DNA of 59,068 bases, the filler included, from Basidiobolus ranarum (lineage: Eukaryota), in NCBI GenBank assembly GCA_040143965.1. It is 2 parts of 2 records of this genome, joined end to end, with 100 filler letters (N's around TTAATTAATTAA, not from the genome) between each part and the next. Parts side by side here need not be neighbours in the genome. Positions count along the whole stretch, not along the records: positions 1 to 29,541 come from JASJQH010000104.1; positions 29,642 to 59,068 come from JASJQH010000105.1. One strand, given 5' to 3'. The translations under genes and the position numbers were made by a program. Within the stretch, counting starts at the first letter, position 1. Each line of letters opens with the position of its first letter. Under the pieces are notes generated by a model. That model was given only the letters and a program-made list of their open reading frames with translations, searched no databases and was not told the DNA's origin. Below are positions 26,287 through 39,998 of the stretch, one piece after another.

Positions 26287-26347
26287 AATCTACCCATACT
26301 AAAATCTATCCATACTAAAATCTATTCATACTAAAATCTATCCATAC
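26287..26347. repeat. 16-bp minisatellite, ~3.8 copies
   Basis: AATCTATCCATACTAA units with single substitutions. Confidence 0.9.
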
Positions 26348-26700
26348 GGGGTGCCTTAGGATCAGGGGCCGGATGAGAGAATTGTGCCAGAGACAGATAG
26401 ATCTATCACAGAAGTCGATCAATGACGAATAGATTAATAACGGGGCGTTTATTTAAGGAATGGTTATAGGGTCGGTTGACATATTCAAAGGATGAAGTAA
26501 TTACAATAACAAATTAGATAATGGCAAATGAGGCCCAGGTTTAGCCCTACGAGAGGGTAGGATGAAGAGACAATGCGAGCCCTGCAAAAGGGTGACTTGA
26601 TGAGGGGATGAACACTATTAATACAACATCAGAAAAAGAAAGCTCTCCAGGAATATTACAAAGTAAGATTTGCACCAGTCGTAGTTACGTAGTGGCGTAC

Positions 26701-28269
26701 TTATGGGTTGGAAAAATAAAGTGACTCTTCAAGGCAATCCTGGTCATGGACAGCCGGGGTCTGGTTCAAATCAAAATTAAGGAAATCCAGGCTTTCTGAG
26801 ATTTTGGAGTTCTTTGATGGGATTCTAGTTCTTCCTTTCATGGCTGGAAATAGGGGCTCGTCCAAACAATTGTCAGAAAAGTTGATGCTTTGATATAGGT
26901 TACTGTTGGGTGCCTGAGAGATGGAGTGGGCGAAGTTGTCGCTTTCTAAACCAAACTCGTTGTTCATTTCCATATTGAGTTGGTTTGTCAGCTCTTGACT
27001 AAAGGGCGTATGAATGATAGGTTCGGAATATGTGCGATTGTTAAAACGCCCTGGCTTGTTTATCCTAGTTAAAGTTGGATTAACAAGTCCGGTTCCAATG
27101 GAATGTGCCCTGATTGCAGATATAGGCGATGGTTGTGAAAGATCGATTCCAGTTGCAGAGACAGGTGTGTCCATGAGATATGGGAATCCACTCCCTTGAA
27201 ATTTGAGATTCATATCATACGCGTCATGCAGATCATTTCGCTGGTCCATGTAAAGCCCTTCATCCTCCACAATTGTGCTCAAATGTGGGTTTGGTGTGCT
27301 GAAATTCAAATCATCAAACGAAGCAATAAATTCTGGTGGACACGAGTTACGTCTTGCACCAGAGTATGGAGGTGCAAGAGAGCTTTGGAGTAGCATCTGC
27401 TGGAAATTTTCATCAGTGGGTGTTGTAAGCTGTTCATGTGATTGGGACTGTGATACTGGAGACAACGGGTCATAGTTTTGAAGCCCATTCATATCAAGTG
27501 CAGGAGTGACGGTTAATAAGTTGGGAGAAATACTGCCTGTCGGGTTAATGGAGGATGGGTATAGCTTGGATTCTTGGAAGACGTGTAGAGAAGGCACATC
27601 TAGTGAATAACTACGCTTAGAAGCACGCGCTTGCTGATAATTTGCAGCTATATCATCAAAGCTCTCTGAAGTGACGACTTTCAGAGAACCACAACGTTTA
27701 GTCCTTGGCGCCTGTGGGAGTGGTGTGTACCTTGAGCAGGACTTGCGTCTGGATGAAAGCAACGGGTTTTGCTTCATATCATTCAGCATTAAGCCTACGC
27801 CAGAAAAGTTCAATGATTCATGGTTGAGAGAAAAGGCAGTAGAAGGGTCATACAAGGATTGATGCAGATCGAAAAGATTTGATTCTGAGGAGTTAATGCC
27901 CGAGAAAGTGCCTTCTTGACCGCTATCTCCACTAAGCTCGGAGTTTTCGGTTTGAGAGGTTCCTAGATTTTTGGCTTTGGCTCGCCTATTCTGAAACCAT
28001 ACTTGTACTCCACGAGGAGTCATGTCAAGTTGCTGTGCTAGTTCTTTACGAATGGTACTGTTTGGCTTTGCGTTTTCCTGGAAGGCTTTTTCCAAGACAG
28101 AGAACTGACTTCTGGTGGTTCTTTTACGATGCTTGACCTCGAAGGGATTATAGAAAGAGGTCCTGAATTCTCCATGAGGTGTTTGGTGGAATGTCTCGAA
28201 CATCGGAGTGTTGTTCGTGTTTTGAACTGAAGTTTGAGGATTTTGTGGGGACGTTGCCATTAGACTCAT
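26701..28269 (-). CDS. Homeodomain transcription factor, single exon
   Basis: FYNPFEVKHRKRTT...LEKAF...KP...RKELAQQLDMTPRGVQVWFQNRRAK followed by ~400 aa low-complexity region. Confidence 0.95.
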   Translation of the reverse strand: MSLMATSPQNPQTSVQNTNNTPMFETFHQTPHGEFRTSFYNPFEVKHRKRTTRSQFSVLEKAFQENAKPNSTIRKELAQQLDMTPRGVQVWFQNRRAKAKNLGTSQTENSELSGDSGQEGTFSGINSSESNLFDLHQSLYDPSTAFSLNHESLNFSGVGLMLNDMKQNPLLSSRRKSCSRYTPLPQAPRTKRCGSLKVVTSESFDDIAANYQQARASKRSYSLDVPSLHVFQESKLYPSSINPTGSISPNLLTVTPALDMNGLQNYDPLSPVSQSQSHEQLTTPTDENFQQMLLQSSLAPPYSGARRNSCPPEFIASFDDLNFSTPNPHLSTIVEDEGLYMDQRNDLHDAYDMNLKFQGSGFPYLMDTPVSATGIDLSQPSPISAIRAHSIGTGLVNPTLTRINKPGRFNNRTYSEPIIHTPFSQELTNQLNMEMNNEFGLESDNFAHSISQAPNSNLYQSINFSDNCLDEPLFPAMKGRTRIPSKNSKISESLDFLNFDLNQTPAVHDQDCLEESLYFSNP

Positions 28270-28840
28270 TTTTGAGTGAATGATGCACGGGGTTGATGTA
28301 TTGAGAAGAAAATTAACTAGGGGATCGGAAGAAAAGTATAATATTCGTTCGAAATGTTCCTATTCTTGAGAGCTAAAGTAGATGATATTTAAATGAATCA
28401 GCCAAGGTGCCTTGATATTTTCCAGGCCTCTATAGACCACACTTTGCCGAGATACACCTATCATGCTTAACACTTATGGAAATTTCGTTAAGGTATCCTA
28501 CTACCATCTCAGCTTTCATTTCTAGAAGGAACATTCGTATGTGGAGTCGGGAGCCAATCCCAATTTCGTAGTGAAGATTTGAAGTAACCAATCATTCTGC
28601 ATTTCAACTCGAATTTCTATTCTATAACGTTCTATACCGTAATATCCTTATTCCGCTCAGATTCGGAGATTGCTAATACTGAGATTACCTGATAGATTGA
28701 CCAAATCATGCTAGAAGAATCCAACCAAAAAAAGCAATCTAACCTTGTGAGTGAATCTTGGCTAAAATATATTTCCAATTGACAAGTGTTTCAAAGCACG
28801 GACCTTGTAACATGATATGCTCGCCTCGCGTTATTTACAT

Positions 28841-28886
28841 GTTCCCATACTCGTTCCCATACTCATGCCCATACACATTCCCATAC
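28841..28886. repeat. 12-bp tandem repeat x4 upstream of the homeobox gene
   Basis: (G/A)T(T/G)CCCATAC(T/A)C units. Confidence 0.8.
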
Positions 28887-29447
28887 CTACTGTAGAGTTG
28901 GGATTCAATATTACTTAGTTTGGCATTGATATCACCGTTGTCTGTACCAGTCTACATTGTTTATTCTACCTCTACCCGCACTTTGGATTATTCACAATAA
29001 GCTTGGTACCCTTAGAGGGTTTATAGTTACCTGATTATCTCTTTCCCTTGAATTGTAATGGTGTTTGCTCAGCTTATGTTAGAAGTAGATGATTTGTATA
29101 CTACGTTGTGAGGAAGTTGTTGATCCACTTGCGAAATTCTCAACTTCATATAAGAAGATATTTTACATGAGACCCGATCAAGTTGACGTGAATTCTTTTC
29201 CATATCGTACTACGGGCATCACTTCCAACGAACTGAAGTTTCTAACGTAATCTGTAAATTTAGTACATGTCCTTTTTAACTATCTTCAGAAAGGAGAAGT
29301 CTAATAACATTCTAAGGGCTGTATTGTTACCAAGCTAGCTATATTATAAGCGGATCTATGGAGGTTACATTATTGCATATAGAGTGCATAGATACTGATT
29401 AGCCACCTAGTTCAGCTTTATGCTTTGGGTTGAGTGTAAGATTTAGA

Positions 29448-29541
29448 ATTTACCATAGATTTCTGAAAATACTTACCATCGATTTCTGAAAATATTACCA
29501 TTGATTTCTAAAAATATTTACCATCGATTTCTGAAAATATT
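29448..29541. repeat. 23-24-bp tandem repeat running into the assembly gap
   Basis: TTACCATNGATTTCTRAAAATA(Y) x4, cut off by Ns. Confidence 0.9.
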
Positions 29542-29641
29542 NNNNNNNNNNNNNNNNNNNNNNNNNNNNNNNNNNNNNNNNNNNNTTAATTAATTAANNN
29601 NNNNNNNNNNNNNNNNNNNNNNNNNNNNNNNNNNNNNNNNN
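29542..29641. other. Artificial 100-nt scaffold spacer
   Basis: 44 N + TTAATTAATTAA (stops in all six frames) + 44 N. Confidence 0.95.
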
Positions 29642-29841
29642 TTTCATATATCACATATAAGTTAGTCAACATTATTTAGTCAAATATCACTTAGCTGCAA
29701 ATCGGAACATATATTTTATATATATGTGAATTATGTGAGAATTAGCAATTACCTATTGAAAATTTCAAACTTGTCCAAATTCCCCCAAAAATAGCTCATT
29801 TTACTCCCACAGATGTTCTGAACACAACCCCAGATCGTGAG

Positions 29842-30803
29842 ATGATGCGTGATCGCGATTATTATAGAGGTGGCCGGGAGACGAGTAGAGAGCAAGAAGG
29901 TAGAAATAGAGAACGCAGCCGTGAAAGATGGGGCCGAGAACGTGAAAGAAGTAGTAGTCAGTATCGTAGGCGGTATAGTGAACATGATCGAGATTTAAAT
30001 CGACAAAGTTATCCTAGAGAATGGGAACAAAATGGTCGTTCTCGCTCTCCTTCCATATCAAGGCATCCTAGAGAAGCAGTTGAAATGCAAAGGGGCCCTT
30101 TTGAACCTCATTCAGCTGACTTTGCTCCGACTCGGTATGACTCTTATCGCCCTCATTATTCTCAGTTACCACCACCTCCGCCTCCACCCGAGGTTATGCC
30201 AACTTATGAAATCCGCCCTCCTCCACCCTTGATTCCCAACACTCCACCTCCGCCTACTTCTCATCCAATTCTCCCACCTCAGCTTTCCGGGCCCTACACA
30301 CCTCGTAGAGATTTTATTCACCCACCCGAATCTACGCCGCCACCTCCAAAGTATGCACTTCCACATGATTTATCTCCGTCTCGTAACTCGGAAACCCAGA
30401 ATTTCTATCGTAGAGATTTTACCCCAACCCACACAAGTCCATATACCCCTCGTCGACTTTCTAAAGGATATGAACCGTTTTCACACGAGGCTCTCGTCGA
30501 GAGCTTAACCAAGGATTTTGAAAGCGAGGTTTGTACTCACTCTATCGTCAACCTTGATTTTGTACGTTATCATCACAGATCATATATTAATCGTTATCTA
30601 TGGCTCAGATGGCCAAATTCAATCTAGAACGTAAACGAATGCGGGAAGACGAAGCACGCATTGGGGAGCTAGCTCGTAAAGCCCAATTTGATGTGTGTAT
30701 ATCAACACTTGCAGTGGAAAAACTAGAGCTTCGACTTGAATATCTCGACAAACAACTAGAAGAGCTTGGTCCGGTTCAGAGCATACCTGATATGAGTTTC
30801 TAA
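29842..30803 (+). CDS. Arg/Ser/Glu-rich + Pro-rich protein with C-terminal coiled coil (unknown nuclear protein)
   Basis: RDRD/RERSRER N-terminus, poly-Pro middle, intron 30529-30608 joins in frame to MAKFNLERKRMREDE...LELRLEYLDKQLEEL. 5' end uncertain (near the gap). Confidence 0.75.
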
Positions 30804-33265
30804 TTTAGAACTACCAACTCGGTCATAATCCTAAGGCTCTTTTTGTCACATCAGACACCGGATATAGCTTCTATATGTTGTCATTTTGGACCCTGGACGC
30901 ATCATCTCCATGTCTTCTCTTTCATTCCAGATACATACATCCCCTCTCTTCTATGCTATATTGTAAATTTTGCGTACGTGTTCTTAACATCCTGATCTCA
31001 ACCTAACATCTTCCCAGTTTTAAGCCCATCAATCGATCATTATTATGATCCTCTACCATTGTTAATGCGTCAGGTATAAAAATAAAGGTTTCAACGGAAA
31101 GTTTTCTACAGATCCCACTTCAAAAACTAGGCGTATAATCATTTGTTTATATTCGCGTTTTTGGTCCAGTCCGCTTTTTTAAAATACCCCGGATATTGGC
31201 AAGCCTTAAGTAAAACTCCTCATCCATATTGAATCCCATCTGTTAGTCTTACAGGTTGGGTGTTAATTAGCAACATCATAAATACTTTCAATCTGATAGG
31301 AACTATACAAGAGCGACTTCAGTGGCGAATATCCTGTTTAAAACGACAATGAGATCAGTATGAGATGGAATTGGCAGTATATAAACGATATCTATTTCTT
31401 TCAACAATGATTGGCCATTCATTAGAATAAACACGATGAATAAAACAATCCAAGTTCAAGCAGGGCTCTTAAAGTATCCCGATTGGATGGCTATGATGTG
31501 TAGTGATGTTTACCACGAGTTCGAAACCTATCTCCACTAAATTTTTTCCCAAGTTTAATGTTGAAAGCAACCATATAGTTTTCCAAAAAAAATCCACCAA
31601 TAAATTTCGTGTAAACCCTATTCAGTGATAGATGCCATACGCAAAGTATTTAACTTATTCAGGGATTTACATTGTTCGAGTTTTGTCCAACGAAAATGAC
31701 AACTAGTAAGTGAATGTGAATGTTTGAAAATTCAATTGGTGTTCCTCCATCACTTTTCTACTGTTAATTGTCGACATTGGAGTTTTCATGGATTCAGCTC
31801 CGTAGTTTTGGCATTTGTAATGGTTTTCATTCAATGATATATATATATTCATGTAAAAAGATGTACTAGATAATCTCCGTAATCTCTATTCCAGACTGTT
31901 CTTCTTTGTCCACAATGTAGCTGCGCTATGTAATCAGATTAAATGATGAAAGTTAACTGGAAACTTTTATGAGAACACGCAGTGAATATAGTTTATTTGT
32001 AAATGATCAGCTGGGGAAAATGTCAGGTGAGAAGGAATCGGTCTTTGTGAATTTAATCGTGATATCTTTTCCCAAATGGTTTTAGCAATGTTAGCATGGG
32101 TTTTCAATAAATGGTGAGTATCCTGTTAGGGGAGAGATTCATGGGGTTCTAAGTTGGAAACATCCCTTGAATTGTTGTGGAGAAGTGGAGCGAAGAAGCC
32201 ACCGTGTAGATGTAGCGTTAAAAGTTTTACCACTATCAATCAGGATTCGGTTGGACTAGAATCTTAATATAGAACTAGGAATTTGACTTACTAATTAAGA
32301 GCTAAACGGTGTATGATGAGTCAAATGTTATTTTTAAGAGTTGCTGTTGAGTAAAGAATGTGTTATTGCGAATGAAGCATATTGTGAGCAAGAGTTCGCC
32401 ACCACTCTGGGTCCACTTTAGTAAGTGAAGATTGGCCATTCCTTGGTCGCTCTCACGGTCACTCTCCAAAGTTAGGTTTAATGACTCTTACTATCGGGAA
32501 AATCGGTTACCTCATCATCCTAGAAAAAGACGTACATATCCATGTCATTGTGTTCGACGTGGACATTTACAGAATCGATGATACTGTGGTTGATGTTGCA
32601 GTAAGACCTTGCTAGAGACAAGAAAAGCGTACATTTGAACCTGATAGACTAAAAGAGTCGCTTAATTGAAAGTTATTGACTTCATCTATGCTTCCACTTG
32701 TAAAGGAGGCATCAAGGTTTGGCACCATTGCTTCGAGTTGCCGCTTACTAATACGCCCTTTCGGATGCAAGTATCGTAGAGATATCTAATATGTGGCTTC
32801 TAACAAGTATCTCGTCTATTACGAAATGAACCTCTTGAACACTTCTTAAGTATGTTTGAGCTAGCCAGTCTACTAACAGATCTATGAAAGTAAATTTCCA
32901 ATGCAAAGTTTTGACCCTGATTTTTCTAATCACAAGAAGTATCAAGTTCATATAAAAAATCCCTTCCCATCCGGCCACCCACCAAATCTCATTTTTGGAA
33001 TTTCCTGCTGATAAACAATCCCTTTTTTATTTTATCCACTCTCATCCTTTGTTAGTTATTCTTTATTTCACTGACATCCCACTTAGATAACGCCAAGTTT
33101 TGTGCTTTTTGTTGACCCTGACATTATTCTAACCTTGAAGATACCGTGCTTGGATTGTTTCCTTGTTTATTATCTTTAGAGTGTTGTCTAAAATATCTCC
33201 AAGTTATCCTCCAGATATCTCAACCCATAAACACTACACTCTAATATACATACATAGAAAGCGTT

Positions 33266-36200
33266 ATGTCCTCGGAAGAGAAGAGAGAACCACCTTCCTC
33301 TATCACCTTAGAAGACGGGACTCCAGTTCACTTAAACGGTATTTTTCTTCTGCTTTGTTTTAGATATCCCTTGATATATCACGGTCCCAACCCACCTGAT
33401 ACTTTGGATATTTCTCAGTTACTTTATGGGAGATAGTTACCAGTTGGTTGAGATTGATACTTAGATTTACTCTTTCTATTAGACTATGTCTACGTAGCAT
33501 CTGAATATGTTATTGCTGAACCATATTTTGTCGCCCGAGTAATGGAGTTCCTGTATGATGACATTGACGATGACCTGAAAGTCCGAGTTGCTTGGTTCTA
33601 CCGACCTAAAGATGTCACAGCTGGACGACGCAAGAATGACAACCGAGTTTTATTCGCGACGATGCATTCTAGTACTCACCCGATTTGTAATATTAAGAGT
33701 GTTTGTATGGTGAAACACTTACACTATATATCTGACCTTGAGCAATACAAAGAAAAGGAAGACCACTTCTATTACAGTCAATTATTTGACCGATACATAT
33801 GTCGTACCTACGAGGTTGTTCCATGTGAGACCATTAAAAATGTGCCCGTGGATATCGCCGTTGCTTTACGCCAACGGTACAAATTTATCTTGGCTGAGGA
33901 GGCCAAGGCATTAGATTTCAAAAATCCTCATCGTGTATGTGCAAAATGTAACGAGTGGTGCCCAGGGTAAGTGCAAACTACTAATGATTATCGGGATATT
34001 GCGAGAGATTTACATGAGTGGTTCGTATGTGTTCGTACATGGATTAACGCTTTCTTCATTAACCTAGTTCGGAAGCTATTAAATGTGCTATATGCTATAA
34101 TAGTTATCATATGAGTTGCACATCTCCCCCGATCACCAAAAAGCTTGCCAAAGGGTATGCTTGGCAATGTGCTCCTTGTCTACGAAAGTTAGCTGAAGGG
34201 GCGCTGGAACCAAGTCAAGCTTCAGCCAAGTCACTGAAGCTCCAGGAACAGGAGAAAGAAGCCAAAATACGAGGTAAGCAAAGAGGGATCTTGAGCTATT
34301 CATCCCACCTTACTAAACATTTTCCATTCAAGCTGAACTTGAAAAAGCCGAACAAAATCCGGAGAACATGCCCAAAGGGAATAAATTATGGCCTTTTAGA
34401 TATTTCGGTATACATTCCAAAGTGAACGACATTTTTGGTATGTTATCTTCTTCACTAGGTTCATTTATGTCCATGCAAATACCAACCCATTGGGAATCGT
34501 TTTAGATTACGACGATCGTATTTATCCTAGAGCTGCCTCTCGTATTGGAGGAAGATACCAGGCCAATATTCCAGAGCTTATCACCGCAAACTCTGCATCT
34601 GCCTCTGATTCCAATGCGCCTACACCTAATTCCATGATAGATTCTAGCCAGAGTCGGTCTAGTTCCTCAAAAAAGCGCAAATCCAGTAGATATACAACTG
34701 GAGTGAAATACTCCGACGGTAAGTGAATTCATTGTATTGATTCATTCTCCAAGCACAGCATCATAATCTTCACTTACTAGAACGCGTCAAACTTCCAGTT
34801 CGTGGCATTGGAAAAACCTCCACTCTAATATTCTCCAAACCTGATCGAGTCTCTTCAGAAGAAGGTAACATCCCATTCCCGTTCCCATTCCCGTTCATTG
34901 GATTGGATTAAATTGAATATTAACCTAACAAATTCATTTATAGTGAATGAATTCGTGAAGAAGGTCCAAAGCATTCAATTACCGGTATCCCCGTATTCAC
35001 CCGATGTTTATGACCGAATTTTATCGGAATTACAAAGAACCAATATGAATTGGGATGAGGTGTTTCGAAATATGCATAATTTAGTACCGGAAGATTTGAA
35101 TACCGCACAATGGACCAAAGAAGAGATCGGTCAGTTTGAAAGAGGGATCATTACATATGGTCATGACTTGCAGATGTTTAAGAAGCAGGTATGCACCATC
35201 TCCCAATTCACCTACATATATCTATTACTGAATTGTTGGGGGCTTGCTTTTAGATTTCTACTAAGACTATGGGACAAATCGTACGATATTTCTATTTATG
35301 GAAGAAATCCGATAGATATCAGCCAGTCTATGAACAATTTACTAAAAAGTACCGACCTAGGTATGTTCGTTTGTTCTTTGTTTGTTTATCGGTCACCGAA
35401 ATTAAAGGGGACTTTGATTCGGTTCATTAGTAAAAAATTCAAAAAACGCAACGGTGAAGGTGAAGGTACCGAGGAAAAAAAGGAGGATTCCCCTAAACCT
35501 GAAATAGTGAAGAGCGTTCTGGTGGAAGACGAGGATGATTTATTAGAGGGAAATTCGCGTCGTTGCATCAACTGCTCGGCTACCAAGTCAGAAAAATGGT
35601 ATCGAGCTCCTGGCCAGCTTATGTCCAGTAGGATTGGGAAGAAGGCTCTTTGCAAAGCGTGTGGTATCTACTGGCTGAAGTATGGAGAATCAAGACCTTT
35701 GTATGAAAGGGGTAGAGAAGGTAGAGCATATGGCACTTCGGTTTTCAGCAGTACTGGTATTCATCATTTCTTGGTATTCTGCTTAGGTAAAAGCAATGGT
35801 AAGAAGAAAAGAACTAGTGAAGCACCGCAGGAGAAATCCCGGAAAAAATCGTCTTTAGATGTAATCTATTGAATTTTTATCTTTCACTTTCGGAAAATTC
35901 TCTATAACTAGTTTTTACTTAGGTTAAGCCGAAGGAACCGCCGAAAAAGATATTTAAACCAACACCGTGCGGAGTATGTCGACTTGACAATCGATCAGAT
36001 GTTTTATTGACTTGCTCAGAATGTGGTTTGTCAGTTCACAGTGGTAAGCAACACTTCATCTCATTATCAATGAAAGTCGTATTAAACACCTTCTTAGATT
36101 GCTACGGTGTTCAGGATAAGCCCCCCAAGGATTGGACTTGTGATCCCTGCGCCAATATCAAGAAGCCTTCCGCTTCCTTGGTTCGTATAGATTGTAAATG

Positions 36201-37157
36201 CGTATTGTTGATAGATATTTATTCTCTTGAACGATTTAGAGTTTTCATTGCGTCTTGTGCAGAAACCCAGAAACCATTCAACCACATCAAGCTCTCAAAA
36301 AAACCATTGGAAACAATTGGTGCCATGTGGTCTGTGCTACCTGGATACCTGAGATTACCTTTGGTGATGCGAAATGCTTCGAGCCCATCGAAGGGATAGG
36401 AGTCATCGCTCCGTCGAAATGGAAACAGGTTACTATTTCAAGTATATAGTTGTTGTAGTCGAATGTCAGCTGATCCTTTCTTTTATCTAGACATGTAGCA
36501 TTTGTGGAATATCTGATGGCGCATGTGTTTCTTGTGCTGGGGGTAATTGTAGGAAAACGATGCATGTGTATTGCGCCCAAAAGTCTGGTTGCAAACTTGG
36601 ATTTGAAGTATTTCCTGTCGGGGGAAAGAAGGCAAACCAAAATATTACCAAGAATACATTCCCAAGCAACGCAACGCTAGCTCCAAAGATATGGTGTCCA
36701 GATCATAACCCTAACAGCACGAATGTAATCGAAATGGCAGCAACTAACCCCGAAACCAAATCGGTAAATTTCTTGATTGAACTAACGGTTCATATGGAAC
36801 CAAGACTGAATATACATTTTTTTCTAGACCGCACTTTATATGTACAACACAAAAGTCAAGCAATCAGAAACATCCACCTCCGGAGCAATGCGTTTATCCA
36901 AATTATTACTGGCGGCAGCTAGTGCCAGAAAACGTGTTTTAGTACCAAAAAAGGTCGACTGGTTATCTGCCAGCTCCTTACCACAACAGCATTGTGTTAA
37001 ATGCAACATAGATGTATCTCCTATATGGTGGCAAGTGGGCACTGTGAAAAAAGATTGCTTAAATCTGCCCGAGCAAACTTCAGACTCCGAGAAGATATGT
37101 CATAAATGCTACTGGGAATACAAAGAACAATCAGAACCAGTACCACCTGCCAATTAG
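33266..37157 (+). CDS. SNT2: Snt2-like chromatin protein (BAH-PHD-ELM2-SANT-GATA-like-PHD-ePHD)
   Basis: EPYFVARVMEF, VAWFYRPKDV, YYSQLFDRYI, HMSCTSPP...GYAWQCAPC, YPRAASRIGGRYQA, WTKEEIGQFERGI, CKACGIYWLKYG, NNWCHVVCATWIPE; ~15 GT-AG exons. Confidence 0.92.
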
Positions 37158-38316
37158 TGGACGTAAAGCGGCGAATTATCTACCTTTCTTTTTAGTACTG
37201 AATCAACTGCTCATCATTCAGAATTTGTTCTTTACCACTGCCTCGTTTCCCCCTATTCGTCTCCTTTCAACTACTTGTAACATTCAAATTCCCTCATAGA
37301 TCCTTTAGTCACTCTTTCCATTGATATTCGCCTTTTGTTCTTGAAAAAACTCTTAATATTTCTTCATTATCTCAAAGATTTCTTTTGTAGATACCTTGCC
37401 CCTTCTTCCCTCTAAAAAATGTTTCTTTTGAAATACAACTATCTGTTCTAGTATCAGCCGAGTCGGAATACTCCGCTCTATTATTTTCATTGGTCTTGTC
37501 CTCTACGAATAGTCAATGTTTGGTTCACTTTTGCATACATGCTCAATACCTTCAAACAAGCACGTGAAAGCAAGGGCAAAGATATTGGTTGAGAATGATT
37601 TGATAGCGTTTTAGTACTTACTATATTTGGCAATGGGATCTTCTGCTTGACATGAATCTATTGTGTCACATTGACCATTAATGAGTGATTTATAGGGGCA
37701 TGAAAGCAAGTACAATCAACAGATGGCCTGTTAGTACTTAAATTGGATTAGGGTCAACCATTCATTTATTCGCTATGAGCAATTGGGGAGGAAGAAGTTA
37801 TATAAAGACGTTCAAGTATCAAACCATACCACTAGCCTCTTTGCTTTTCTTCCACTTATCATGAACTCTCCGAAGCAACCCAAACTGATTCAACGTGTAG
37901 AACGTTGCCAAATAGCTGAGCCACTACTGGATATTGTTTCGATACCGGAGATTGTTACCGTTACAGCCACGAGCTCTCCAGTACGCTTCTCGAATACGTT
38001 TCCGTTGCGTGCAATGATTCTACTGGATTCTCGATGATATTTTGGCTTTGAGTTCTCAATAACATATCAACTGAGAGTTAAACCACAAATCTCAAGCCCC
38101 TCATAACTTTGAGCCTTGAAGCTCATAAACCATGTTCATACATTATCCACTATGTGCTGCACGCATTTTGTAGCTAGCAATTGGATCTCCAACATCAAAT
38201 GGTCCCTGGAATATTGAATGTAGCTACAATACATATATATCTCTTCAAGCCAGTTGTCACGTTTTAAAAGGACAAACAATAAAATGAGAGCAATGAATTA
38301 AGATGAGACAGGTTGT

Positions 38317-39998
38317 TTAATTGCATGAATAGATGAGGTCGCTTCTTTTAAGAAGCTCTTTGGAAATGCCCACACCGTCAGAATTACCGATAACATGCAA
38401 TCGTTTGAGGCGAGTACATCTGTCTATTAAGTATTCTAAAGCAGAGTCAGAAACATACTCTCCATTGGTAATTCGTAGCTCCTTTATATAGGGAGTAGTC
38501 TCAGCTATCAACCTTAGTAGCTCATCGGTCATGGTCCAACCCGTGATGCCGAATCTTCTAATGCGATGTCCATATTTGCGTAGAAATGGGAACAGTGGGC
38601 TTACTTCAGATGGACAGGAATTGTTGTCTGCTTTGTCGAGCATCAGGAACTCTAATTGTGTACAATGCTCACTGATTGATTCGATCGATTTGACGCTTAT
38701 GTCGGTGGTATTCAAGTCTAGTTTGCGCAAGTTTCGGCACTTCTGAACTATTGGAGTAACACTTGAGTCGGAAATGTTGGTGAAATACAGGGAGACCTCT
38801 ATCAAATTTGGGCAATGTTGTGCAATGACCTCGCCAATATCCACAGGTAATTTACTAAACGAGATCGATAACTTGGTCAAATTACTTCCGCAAGAGGCCA
38901 AGAATTTCCCCCAACTGTTTAACGGTGCGGGTTCTTTGGATATGTATGTTAATTCCAACTCCTTTAAATTCTTCTTTCTACTCTTTGATAATATGTTTAG
39001 CATATCTGCGAAGGGAAAGTGGGAGATAGAGAAGCTTTCCAGTTTTATCAATGATCTCCATAATTTACCCATCAACTCTTCTGGTATGGATACTCTTGCT
39101 TCCCGACTGAATAGAATTCCGGCTGTTTTCAATTTTCCACCGAATTTTTGGATCATTTGTCGTAATAAATTATGAACTGTTATATCGCTATAAGTTCCGG
39201 TGAACTCGAATTTGATTTGATTTACCTTGGAGCAGTGAGAAGCTAACGAAGTGAGTAAGTTACGGGGTATATCATTTGCGCATAATTCAAATCGAGTTAA
39301 ATTAGGTAATCGTTGTAAGAGAGATTTTATCAAGGTTTCCTCGAATTCGTCCCCGATTAGTTCTATAAAAGTGAGGGTATTTGAAGTGGGAAAGGTGATA
39401 GGCAAAGAAATTCCAGAAAATCCGGTCAATCTTAAACTGATTTCCTTTAGTTTGGCGCAGTCTCGAAATAAGGTAGTTAAAAATGGGATCCCTTCCTCCG
39501 ATGGAGTCACCTCTATAGAATGGACCTTTCGAAGTTTGTTTAGAGAGCCAGAATCTACAGTGACAAGGGAATGTTGCGAAAGAGAGGCGAAACAGGGGAA
39601 TATCACTTGTTGTAGGTTTGGTAAGTATTTTAGTAATTTTTGAAGGTAAGCCATGATTTCTCTACGATATCCATCGCAATCTAAGTATAAAACCAGCTTT
39701 GCCACTTTAAAATAAACCCAATTAGAAAACAGTTCAGCTATCCATAATATATAGTGTGATAAACGCGTATACCTTCCGGGTTTTCTACCACTATTTTTCT
39801 AAAACTTTCGAATTGTGTACATTTGTAGAATACCGGTGAACGCCATAAGAAAGGTTTTGCGACGTGATACCATTTTTTTGAAACCAGACAACAGTTGGTT
39901 AAAGTTTGAAAATCTTCTTGGAACCAGTGGAACACATAAACTAGTATTTCTTTGGTGAGAGGTGAAGTGGTCGGCTCTGCATCACTTGGTACTTCCAT
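38317..39998 (-). CDS. F-box + leucine-rich repeat (RNI-like) protein, 2 exons
   Basis: F-box LTKEILVYVFHWF...LTNCCLVSKKWYHVAKPFLW; LRR-CC repeats (HCPNLIEVSL, KCRNLRKLDL, HCTQLEFLML, RCTRLKRL). Confidence 0.92.

Noticed and set aside
26701-28269. Homeobox plus nearby MAPKK as a mating-type locus
   Set aside because: Single generic homeodomain, no partner HD/HMG, pheromone or receptor genes; genes are >10 kb apart.
29448-29541. CRISPR-like array
   Set aside because: Head-to-tail repeats without unique spacers, eukaryotic context, no cas genes.
31485-31540. tRNA B-box-like GAGTTCGAAACC
   Set aside because: No cloverleaf or acceptor stem can be formed.
38531-39643. Antisense and alternate-frame ORFs over long exons (also within OSH3, homeobox, RPS16, NagD)
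   Set aside because: Shadows of real CDSs with no independent motifs.
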